The position numbers and the translations under genes are program-made. The notes under the pieces were generated by a model that saw only the letters and a list, made by a program, of their open reading frames with translations, searched no databases and was not told where the DNA came from. 64,000 bases of DNA from Somniosus microcephalus (taxonomy: Eukaryota), in NCBI GenBank assembly GCA_052327205.1, contig CM126224.1, positions 29,760,001 to 29,824,000 of the forward strand, in the 5' to 3' direction. The number at the start of each line of letters is the position of its first letter. Position 1 is the stretch's first letter. Below, piece by piece: positions 27,831 to 39,204 of the stretch.

Positions 27831-28525
27831 TTCGTCTCGAAGCGTGACTTCTGCAACATTTAGATGCAGAATGAAAACATCAGCTGATTGAGTACAAAAA
27901 TGCAATTAATGGCAGACTCAATGAGTAGTTACTGATAGCTGAAAATTACAAGCTATTAAATAAACCATTACCTAAGTAGTAAGGTCAGCTGCATTTTTTA
28001 TAAACTACACTGAACAAATACTTAAGATCTCAACTGAAAAAAAAAATCACTGAAGGACATTTAAAGATTAATAAATAGCCATAATGCAGTGGTTTAATAT
28101 TAGCGACAAATACTCTGTAGGATGGACTATGTTTGCACATTTGCTTGGCTTCCAACCTTAAATCTAGAGTCACCAAGTTTTGAAGGCAGAGTTCATTTGA
28201 GATCGCAGCAAAGTAAAAGTCCATTTTTAGTGATACTGAAACACGATAACCTCCAAAAATGCAGAGCACACAAAACAATCGGAGCTAAATTTAGTAAAGA
28301 ACACATGCTAGGTCTATTAACTGTTACTATTCCAGTCACATAACCTTACTGTCACTTTTACTTCTTTATGAATATATTTAAATTAAAAAATATAAATTAC
28401 AGAACAGTAAATTTTAAAATGTCTTCTATATTAGTGTAGTACTTAAATACCACAGGAAAAAATACTTTAAATTGGAAACTATCTTAATGCAGAAACTGTT
28501 TAGAGCAATGCTCTGGTGGAATACT

Positions 28526-30505
28526 TCGCCATGCTTTAGTGCCCCGGCGGGGATTCCATCTGTTCCTGAGGCCTTCTTGTTGTTCAGTTGTCGGATGCCT
28601 TTTCAACCTCATGCCGGGCTGGAGTTGTGCTGAGATGGTGGCAGGTAGCATGCTGTGGGATGGAGTTGAGGACACGCGTGTCAAAGACAGAGTCGTGGTT
28701 AAGGAGATCTTCAAAGTGCTCCTTCCAGCGGGCACTGACTGCTTCCCTGTCCTTGAGTACCTCTCCGTTCTTGGCCCACAGTGGGGAAGGGCCTTGGGTC
28801 ATAGATGGTCTTGACTGCGCTAAAGAATCCACGCACGTCGTGGTTGTCGGCTAGCTGCTGGATCTCCTGCGCTTTCTCCACCCACCATCTATTCTTTAGG
28901 TCGCGAGTTATTTTGTTGGGACCTCGGCCTTCAGGCTTCTGTAGAGCTGCTTTCTTGCTCGAGTTTTGTTGCTGTTTCCAGATCAGAACTGCCTTGCGCT
29001 TGCGGCTTATTAGCTCCTGGATCTCCTGGTCATTCTCGTCGAACCAGCCTTGGTGTTTCCTGGTCGAGTGACCGAGCGTCTCCTCACAGGTGCTGACACT
29101 GCACGTCAATTACAAGAGAAATGCAGGGAACAGCACCAACCGCTGTACATGGCTTTCTTTGATCTTACAAAGGCCTTCGACACTGTCAACCATGAGGGAT
29201 TATGGAGTGTCCTCCTCAAATTCGGCTGCCCTCAAAAGTTTGTCACTATCCTCCGCCTGCTTCACGACGACATACAAGCCGTGATCCTGACCAACGGTTC
29301 CACCACAGACCCAATTCTCGTACGAATTGGGGTCAAGCAAGGCTGTATCATCGCACCAACACTCTTCTCGATCTTCCTTGCTGCAATGCTCCATCTCACC
29401 TTCAGTAAGCTCCCCACTGGAGTGGAGCTAATTTACAGAACAAACGGGAAACTGTTCAACCTCCGTCGCCTCCAGTCCAGATCCAAGGTCGTCCCATCCT
29501 CTGTCGTCGAATTACAGTATGCAGACGATGCTTGCGTCTGCGCTCACTCGGAGGTCGAACTCGAAACCATCGTCAACACCTTCACCGAAGCGTACGAGAG
29601 CATGGGCCTTACACTAAACATCCGTAAGACAAAGGTCCTCTACCAACCTGCCCCCACCACAGTGCTGCCCCCCGATTATCAAAATCCACGACAAGGCCTT
29701 TGACAACGTGGACCACTTTCCATACCTCGGGAGCCTACTGTCAACAAGGGCAGACGTCGACGACAAAGTCCAACACCGCCTTCAGTGTGCCAGCGCAGCC
29801 TTCGGTCGCCTGAGGAAGAGAGTGTTTGAAGACCAGGACCTCAAACCCGGCACTAAGCTCATGGTCTACAGGGCAGCAGTGATACCTGCCCTGCTGTATG
29901 CCTCAGAGACATGGACCATGTACAGCAGGGCACCTCAAAGCACTGGAAAGGTACCACCAACGCTGCCTCCGCAAGATCCTGCAAATCCATTGGCAGGATA
30001 GGCGCACCGACGTCAGTGTTCTTGCTCAGGCCAACATCCCCAGCATCGACGCTCTGACCACGCTCAATCAGCTCCGATGGACGGGTCACATTGTCCGCAT
30101 GCCCGATACGAGACTCCCAAAACAAGCGCTCCACTCAGAGCTCCGGCACGGCAAGAGAGCCCCAGGTGGGCAGAGGAAACGCTTCAAGGACACCGTCAAA
30201 GCCTCCTTGAAAAAGTGTAACATTCCCACCGACACCTGGGAATCCCTGGCCCAAGACCGCACAAAGTGGAGGAGAAGCATCCGGGAAGGCGCCGAACACC
30301 TCGAGTCTCTTCGCTGGGAGCAAGCGGAAGCCAAGCGCAGGCAGCGCACGTCGACCCAAGCACCCCACCCACCCGCTCCTTCAACCACCGTCTGCCCCAC
30401 CTGTGACAGAGACTGTAGGTCCCGCATTGGACTAATCAGTCACCTGCAAACTCATTTTTAATGTGGAAGCAAGTCATCCTCGGTTCAGAGGGACTGCCTA
30501 AGAGA
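28526..30505 (+). mobile_element. RTE-clade LINE with inverted 5' segment (28526-29096 minus; 29097-30505 plus)
   Basis: RT motifs FDLTKAFDTV, GVKQGCIIAP, LQYADD; C-terminal CPTC..H..H knuckle; 11-bp TSD ggtggaatact at 28515-28525 and 30506-30516. Confidence 0.93.
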
Positions 30506-33114
30506 GGTGGAATACTACTCTTTCACTCTTTGCAGAAATGCTCACTATGGTTTTAACCATCTTTCCCATATTGCTCATGAACATTCATTTCCAACTTGTT
30601 TTCAGTGAACTTAATCTCCAGTAGCAAATCAGAAGGTACACTTAATTGGCAGAGTGAGGAATTCACATGACATTTTCTGCGATGTTCAGTGCTCATCAGC
30701 TAAAAGGGCAATCGTGAGTATGCAACATAAATTCCCACTTTAAAATTAAAAAGTGTGGTAATGTTTCCGATTTATTGCTCTTGCTTCCAGAGCCGAGTGT
30801 TGTGGTAACCCATTCCATACTTTTTCCTGACAAAGATGTTGAAAATTTCTGCTCTTCTCAATCATAACAGCATGGAAAGTAGGAAGATGACTCATTACGC
30901 TCACCTAGTTATTTAGCTCCAGTCAAGACCACAAAATTGGCTTAGTATCTCATTTTTTTTAATAACGGATAAATTCCACCATTTAAATGAAATATTTACA
31001 CACAACCTCTCATCCCAAACATACAGGAAAAACAAAAAAGGTTGTTAAAATTAATTTCTAACTTTTTAATAAGAGACTTAATGAAAACTTCAGCTGGCAT
31101 TTAGAGTACACCAGTTATATTTTCCTGTGTTAGCATCGAGAGAGTAACCTCATAGCTAATGTGCTTTAGTTTAAATCAAGGAATGGTGCAGTGGTTTTCC
31201 CTGCTTGGTATATTCCAAACATTTATCCCTCTTTGAATAAAGATCTTTTTCCAGATAGCTGTTCCAAACTTACTTTTCACTCATTTCCATTTGTGTCTTC
31301 TGCTCCTACTTTCTTGGTATGCTTTGCAGTGTGCTCTGCAGTACTGTACACTAGTTACTTGGTCTAAGCCCAGATGAAATCTTTTGATCGGTAAATTGGA
31401 TGTGATCCCAAAATAGAGACAACCAAACGTTGCACTTAATATTTCCTTCAATATACCAACAAAAGCTGCCTGGAAGCAGACCAAATGGTGGCTGAATCTA
31501 TCAACTCGGGTTTTGCGGAATACTTTGGGATATTCAGGGGAGCCTGTGAAAACTAGAGCTAGTGAATGTGCCTGGTCTTTTTCAATCTTCTTTTTCAAGG
31601 CAAATGGACATGTTTATTTAATATATTAACTTTGACTTTAGCAAAGGTATTTCAAGTTTACACATCACATCTAATGAGACTCAACAATATAAAATATTAC
31701 TTTGATGGTAGTTATATTATGTGGAGTTCTCATCCACCTGGATGAATGAAGCAGTCTGGCATGGTTTTTAGTGTGCAGTACTGAAAACAGAGTTAACTAT
31801 ATACTAGAAGTGATCGCTTTTCATAAAGGCTATGGGTCCTATGCAAACCCACACCTGTAATACTTACTCTCCCACACATGTTCCTCACACACACTGGTAC
31901 ATCACCGTACAATACAACTGATAAGTATGTAGCCTACATCATTTCGAAACTATAACAAATTGTAAACATGCCAGAATCTTAAATGATAATTTATTTTGTT
32001 TTTAGCTGGTTACTTTCCTTAATCTAGCAGGGATTGCACTCGCTTTTAGTACAGCTTCTGAATGGCATTTTGTTGAATTAATTGACCTGAATTAATGAAG
32101 CTTCTTCATACTGGATAGTTTTAATTGGAATTTTAGCTCTGAAGTAAAACAGTTTTATAATTATTTCAAAGCCATCTCTGTTCAGAGACCTAGGAGACTT
32201 CTGTCCTTTCTGATTGGCTCATATGACTTCTTAGTTACTCTGAAAATCATTTTGAAAAAAGTCTCCTCCAGTCGTGTGATATGATGATCTGGACACAGAC
32301 TTCATTTTAATCTGAAAATAAAAAACCTAGAATTTACTGTCTGTTCCCCTATGAAAAGTGGGAGAATTCTGTCCTTTGAGCGTAATTTGGCTTGTACATC
32401 TCACGGTCGGGTTTGTAGTGGAATTAATTCAGACATAACCCAACGTAAACAGGATGCAGATTTCCTGTGAACTTCGCGACTGTGTTTTTTTAATGCTCTA
32501 ATATGCTGTCAAAGGACAAGTATATGTAGCAATGTGCGCACAAGATTGGATAACAGAAGGTGTCTCAGAAATCTTGCAATGTTGCAGCACAGAAAATGTC
32601 TTTAAAAAGTGAGAGTTCCATCTGCTACAGCTTTAAAAACAAAATGCCAGTCCAATTACTGTTATGGATGCCTTTAACTTGTATGCAAAGAAAGCAGAAC
32701 ATTTACTGACCAAGTTAAATCAAACATCACATCAGCATCTGCCTTTTCTCCACGAGCTCTTTTACATGCAATGCTATGGCTTTGGTGCCACCAATATAAG
32801 CAGCCTTTTAAAAGTTCAAGTGGAACCTCTATGATTTTGCATTTGTTCAATTACTGTTTCCTTTTCACAAGATTCTGATCAGGAAGGCGGTTAAGCCAAT
32901 CTTAATTCAGCATTCAAGAAATACTTCCCCTCACTGCATTTTTTCCCCCCCCCCCCCAACAGTTCCAGGCTTTCACCTCTGCTACTCTACCTGGACGTCC
33001 ACCTCATGTAATGATCACTGTCGGAAGAGCTTCCTAACACTAGTCTTAAATTTGCCTTTTACTAGTTTGGACTTTGTCCCTCTTTCCTACTCTCTCAGTT
33101 TAGAATGAAGTAAT

Positions 33115-35025
33115 TGGATTTATCCTTTTCCATATTTTTTACTTTTCCTTCACTTTGTTATCAGTCTCTTTTTCTGAACATTAACCCACCTTCGCTTTTC
33201 AGCTCTCCCAAATTCCACTTTCTCCTACAAGTACCATTCTTTTAACTCTTCACCTTCAAAGAAGCTTCCATCACGACCAAGTTGTGGTCTGAATCGGCAC
33301 CAGAGTAAGTGCGTGCATTCCTTACACTATTGCAGTATCTCGGTTTCATCAAGATGTAGTCAATCTGATATTTTCTGGAGACACAGAATGGTATTTAATG
33401 AGAGTTGGTGCAGGCTGAAAGAGGTGGCCTGAGCAAACTGTGGTTCTAGTAAATGGAAAAAGGACAAATAAATTATGGGTGGCCAATGAAATGCTGGTAA
33501 AAATGGATGGACAATGGAAATAGAAAAATGTGAACACAGAGGAGGGTAAAAAACATACAGGAGACCAAACAATGAGCTCACGAGAGGGACCGATAAGGCT
33601 ACAGAAATATGGCTGAAGGGGCTATGTGGGGAGTTGGAGGAACTGAATAGGAGAGGCAGAGCTCATTTGTTATACGAGAGCGCGGAGAATGGATGATTTA
33701 AACAGACAAGGCGCGAGAGTTCAAGTAATCAAAAATAAAGATGGACAACTATTAACTGATCAACTCGAAGTAAAAAAGAAATGGCAAGAATATGTTGAAG
33801 AACTGTATGCCAAAGAGGAAAAGCCAGTTGACATTGAATGAAGGAAGGACGAGGAGGTGGAAGTTGATTGTCTGGGCCCCGAGGTGCTTGAATGTGAAGT
33901 GGAGGTTGCAATAAGGCGAGCTCAAAAATAAAAATATGGGAGAGGCGACAGCAAATGACCTTGATGATTTGTGTCAAACCATGTACCTGAACAGGGAATG
34001 GCCAGATGATTTCATGAACATAATCATGGAAAAGAAGCCAAATGCTAGCAAATGTGGCAGGTTTTGGATCATCAATTTAATTCCACATGCCTCAAAGATT
34101 ATGCTCAGATCACTTACAAGAAAGTGAAGAGCAAAAGCAGAGCAACGTCTTGGCAAAGATCAATTTGGATTTCGCAGAGGATGTAAAACAAGAGAGGCAA
34201 TAGGGATAACGACAGTTCTGTGCAAGAGGAGTACAAAACATCTGCTTTGTAGATTTTGAAAAAGCCTTTGAGAGTGTGAACTGGATGAAAGTAATAGAGG
34301 CACTAAGGAATATTAGTGTGGATTGGAGAGAGAGAGAGAGAGAGAGATGTCTGATCAAGGCTTGTGTATGGGACAAACTGCAAGTGTTAGTGTAGCAGAT
34401 GGAGAGTCAGCACTTGGAGTGATTGGAAGAGGAGTACAACAAGAATGCTGTCTGTCATCTGTGCTGTTCAACAAGTGGCATAGTGGTTAGCACTGTTGCC
34501 TCACAGCGCCAGGGACCCGGGTTCGAATCCAGCCTCGGGTGACTGTGCAAACTCCACACAGACATTCTCCCCGTGTTTGCGTGGGTTTCCTCCGGGTGCG
34601 CCGGTTTCCTCCCACAGTCCAAAGATGTGCAGGTTAGGTTGATTGGCTATAATAAATTGACCCTTAGTGTTAGGGGGATTAAATACGTGGGGTTACGGGG
34701 ATAGGGTGGGATATGTGTTGGTGTAGGGGTTACGGGGATTGGATGGGATGTGTGTCGGTGCAGGCTCGATGGGCCGAAATGGCCTCTATCTGCACTGTGG
34801 GGTTTCTGTGATTTCTGTGATATTCACAAGCAATGGTTAAGAGAAAAAATTGGGTAGAGGAAGGAGTGAAAGTTGGAGGTCAACTAGTGAAAACGGTCAG
34901 ATTTGCTGATGATCAAGTCTTGGCAGCGAGCACCATGAATGGACAGCAGTTGTTGGTAGATAGCCTGAATGCTGCAGCAGTGGTTATGGAATGAAGATCA
35001 ATGTGGACAAGACCAGGCTGACACC
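33115..35025 (+). mobile_element. Old RTE/BovB-like LINE, endonuclease end inverted, interrupted by a SINE
   Basis: Plus strand: INLIPHASKIMLR, DQFGFRRG, FVDFEKAF, RFADDQ, GMKINVDKT. Minus strand about 33115-33380: YQIDYILMK..SDHNLVV. Confidence 0.8.
34475..34820 (+). mobile_element. Full-length HE1-like V-SINE
   Basis: tRNA head with A box (tggcatagtggtt) and B box (ggttcgaatcc), V core, CR1-type tail ending tttctgtga x2. Confidence 0.92.
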
Positions 35026-35564
35026 AAAAAAGCTGCCAGATTGTGGACTACATGTGCTGGTTAACTCTTAATGCCATATACAAGATGGCAATGGAGTTGG
35101 GAGAGATCCTTCGAAATCTCGTCCCACAGAGCTACCTACTGGTCAGTGGCTGCAACAATAGCGGACAGCAAAATTGAACTGAAAATGTGACCAAAAATTG
35201 CGACAATACGTAGCAGAGTTTGTGGACAGGAAGTGCATTCCTTATGGAACACAACATTCTGGAGTGTATTCCAAGGGACTAATACATGCAGGGGTAGAAG
35301 CAATTAGTAAACCTTGAGCTGTGGTTGGGAATTTGACGTTATCTCAATTCTTTTGATGTGCTACAGCCGTCGAACACACACTAAACTGTACAATGGATGG
35401 TTTTTGTCTGTCATTTTTATATGTGAGCAAGGAACGGGAGTTCTGTAATTAAAACTGCGGATATAGTAGCTGTGCTGATGGCTGTAATTAACCTCTCCCC
35501 TTGGTTGCTCTACTTGTTATATTTAACTTTTTTAATTAATTTTCTTTCACGTGTTGGAGATTCG

Positions 35565-36300
35565 GATTGACCCAGAGTTTGTGGTGGTAATGAGAGCGAA
35601 ACCGTCAGCGTTTGCCGTCATTATCCCTCTGAAACTGACCGCAACTTTGGGATTTAGCGCATGCGCAGATAAACATGGAAATCCTGAAGTTGCAGTCAGT
35701 CATTCCTTGCTCCACCACAGGTTGCGCTGTGGAGCTCCCCAGAGCGGGCAATTAATTCAAATCACACTGAAGGACGAACACTTTCTCGATTACGCCAGAC
35801 TATCGCTGTTAAATCCCCTTATAAAGTTAAGCCTTATTGAAAGATGTGTAACTGGGGTTTTAACAGCGTATAAAAAACTAATTTTATATTTGTGGAATGT
35901 CAAATTTTTCCATTAATATGATTAAGAGTTACATGGTTTTTAAAATAATATTTTTAAATTTAAAATTTTTGTTTATATTTCAGCTTCTACCTTAATCGTA
36001 TGTGTATGTCCCAATCTTTATTGCATTCTCTAAAATTTATAAAAAGCAAATTAGAATCTGCATTTTACTTCCTGGTTTGCTGTCCGTGAGAATTCTTCAA
36101 AGTGATTGGCTGCTCAGCCTGCTTGATGACATCACTGCTGCTGGACGCAGGCGAGTCGCTTGATTTGGCACCAGATTCAAATGAAGGACGGGAGAGCTGA
36201 AATTCATGCCACAGAGATCGCTAGATCTTTGTGGGCAGCTTTCTTTGAGGCCAGCGGCGAGTGATGTCGCTTTGCCGCTGACTGCAAATTCTGGGCCATA
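35565..36300 (+). mobile_element. Non-autonomous TIR element (MITE), same family as 50217-50850
   Basis: Collinear with 50217-50850 (ccctctgaaactg, ggaaatcctgaagttg, gccacagagatcgc, gcaaatt..gggccat). Confidence 0.8.
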
Positions 36301-36914
36301 AAGTTCTGAGATTAATTCTCCCAGCTTTTTACATGGCGACATGTTTCAGAACTGCATTTCATTTTCCGAGACCTTTAGGATAGCACATTATTTAGATTAT
36401 TAAGCCTTTTAGTTCCACCAGCATTATTTAATAAAAATGACAGAGGCACACATTTTACTAAACACTACCGTGCGTTGATTGCTAAAATAGAACACTGAGG
36501 TATAAGGCATCTCAAAATGAACTTCTAACCCAGCAACGTAACCAAGTAACTATGAAGCTGCACATTTACGATATTTAGTGGTTTTAGGATATTTAATGCT
36601 ACATTTATTACTTTTATTTGAAGACATTGCTGTTAGAGAAGCATGGAATAAAGAGAAAGCCGCACGGAAATTAAAAAATAATCCAACTGAGAAATAAAGT
36701 TTCTGGTTTTTGACTGTTTTGTTAAATGACTGAAATAAACTCTGACCACAAATTGTAAAAAAAAAAAATTGATGTACATTAACAGTTTATGATTTAGTGG
36801 AATAACTCCACCAGCTCGGCCTCAAACAACAATCAACTTGTTTAAATTCTTCCATTGAGTCACAATCAAAAAATACCTTCATTAATCTTAGAAATGGCTT
36901 GCAACATTAATTTA

Positions 36915-38260
36915 TAAAGAGTAAATAAGTAATGATAAATTTGTACAAAACATTGGTTAGGCCACAGTTAAGAGTACTATGTATATTTTTAGCTGCACCA
37001 TTATAGAAAGGACATTAAAGCCACACAGCATAGAGTGTAGATTCACCGGGGTGGTGCTAGGGATAGGAAATTGTAGTTATGAGGAGACACTTAAGATACA
37101 TGGATTTTTTTCATTGGAGCAGAGAAGGCCAAGAGGAGATTTAAGTGAGTTTGTTTTTTAAATTTGAGTGATAGGGTAAATATGGAAAGACTTTTTTTCT
37201 GGCTGGGGGAGAGGGGTTATCAATTTTCATACTAAGAGAATAGGGAGGGAGGCAAGGTGAAATTTCTTGATGCAAAGGGTTGCTGGAGCACGGAATGCTT
37301 TGCCACAGGGAGTGGTTGAAGCAGAGGCTATTGTATCCTTTAAGGAAAACTGGATAACTATTTGAAGTAAAAAAAAAACAGAAAATGCTGAAAATACTCA
37401 GGTCAAGCAGCATCTGTGGAGAGAGAAACAGAGTTAAAGTTTCAGGTCGATGACCTTTCGTCAGAACTGGAAAAAATGAGAGATGTAACCGATTTTGAGC
37501 AAGTCTGGAGCAGGGAAGGAAAGAACAAAAGGGAAGGTCTGTGATAGAATGGAAAGCAGGAGAGATTAAAAGACAAAAGGGATGATGGTGCAAGGCAAAA
37601 GGAGATGGTAATGGGACAAGTTAAGAAACAAAAGATGACTCTCAAAGAGGTAAATGGGAATGGCAGAATCATCAACAGCTGCCATGTGGAAAAAATAGGG
37701 GCAGAGGTTATGGTCTGAATCTGTTGAGCTCGATGTTGAGTCCAGAAGGCTGTAAAGTGCCTAATCGAAAGATGAGGTGCTGTTCCTCAAGCTCACATTG
37801 GGCTTCATTGGAACAGTGCAAGAGGCCAAGGACCGAGAGGTCAGAGTGGGAGTGGAGCAGAGAATTAAAATGACAGGCGACCGGAAGCTCGGGGTCACGC
37901 TCACGGACTGAACGGAGGTGTTCCGCAAAGCGGTCACCCAATCTGCGTTTGGTCCCCCCAATGTAGAGGAGACCGCATCGTGAGCAGCGAATACAGTATA
38001 CTTAATTGCAAGAAGTACAAGTAAATCACTTTCACCTGGAAGTAGTGTTTGGGACCCTGGACAGTGGGAAGGGAGGAGGTAAAAGAGCAAGTGTTGCATC
38101 TTCTGCACTTCCACAGGAAGGTGCTGTTGGGGGTGACTGAGGAGTAGTGGAAGACACAGGGCAATGGGGATAGCATGAGGCAGTGGGATTTGTTATTGTC
38201 TAGCACAGAGTTGGCATGGACAAGATGGACCGAATGGCTCCTTTCTATGCTGTAAACATC
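36915..38260 (+). mobile_element. Old CR1 3' fragment split by the Penelope-like insertion
   Basis: FSLEQRRPRGDL before about 37365; 3' UTR (gaccgaatggctcctttctatgctgt) resumes near 38155. Confidence 0.7.
37367..38150 (-). mobile_element. Penelope-like element fragment (GIY-YIG endonuclease and 3' end)
   Basis: CSRCGLLYIG..GDRFAEHLRSV..PVACHFN..EEQHLIFRLGTLQPSGLN. Confidence 0.85.
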
Positions 38261-38888
38261 TAGGGTTCTGTCTGCTGATATCAGGATGTCAGTAGATAGC
38301 AGAAGATAATCAAGTACCCAGTTATTTGAAAAAGCAAAATTGTGCACATGATAAAGTAACCAATGAGTAGATTCAAAGGATTACAAAACTCTAGGGGTTT
38401 AATTGAGGATATAATCTACAACACCATGTGTAGGTATGCATCGATAAATATATGACGGCTGGTTCACATTTTCAACCCACAGTATAAGATGATTTTCAAC
38501 CGGAAGTTGGTACTTTTTTCTTCTATTTTCTCATTGTGGCTTTGTAAACACAGATGTTTTAATGAATTAGTTGCACTACATTCAGCCGGTGAAAACTGAA
38601 GTTGAGATATATGCGTCAAGCCTTGAACTGGTGCACATTATTGTGCTCTCTATATTCTGCAACAAGCAATTTTGAGAATATCTAAATTCTGGTGTCACAC
38701 TGAAATATATCTGTGTTAATAAACCTCTAGTGCAAATATTTAGATCATAGATTTTGTTTTCTTTGGAACTGTGGTAGATTTAGGAACATGTGATGATAGT
38801 TCACTGCTGAATGATATACAGTACGCAGCTAGATGAGAAAGGGTTTCCATTACATTTCATTAGAACCATGTCAAAATGTACATTACTT

Positions 38889-38934
38889 CTGCAGTTTGTT
38901 TTAACTATCTCCTGCAGTTTGTTTTAACTATCTC
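38889..38934. repeat. Perfect 23-bp tandem duplication
   Basis: ctgcagtttgttttaactatctc x2. Confidence 0.9.
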
Positions 38935-39204
38935 AATTCCATAAGCATTTCATTAAAAAACAATTTGTTTGAAATTCAAAGCATATCTGCACATTACCAT
39001 TTATATTAGTTTTCATTTTTAGAACCATAGGATGACATTAATAATCATTTTCAAATCAGAGAAAGGTGCATTTCATTATAAAACTGTACATAAGGCAAAT
39101 AATCATTTTATTTCTTGAGTGGTAGTGATTACTTAAATAATATCTTGTTAATGTACAAATTCATACTGGGTATTACACCATAAAGCACTGCCAATAGTTT
39201 GACA

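Noticed and set aside
34475-34545. tRNA gene-like A and B boxes
   Set aside because: It is the head of a SINE, continuous with the V core and tail
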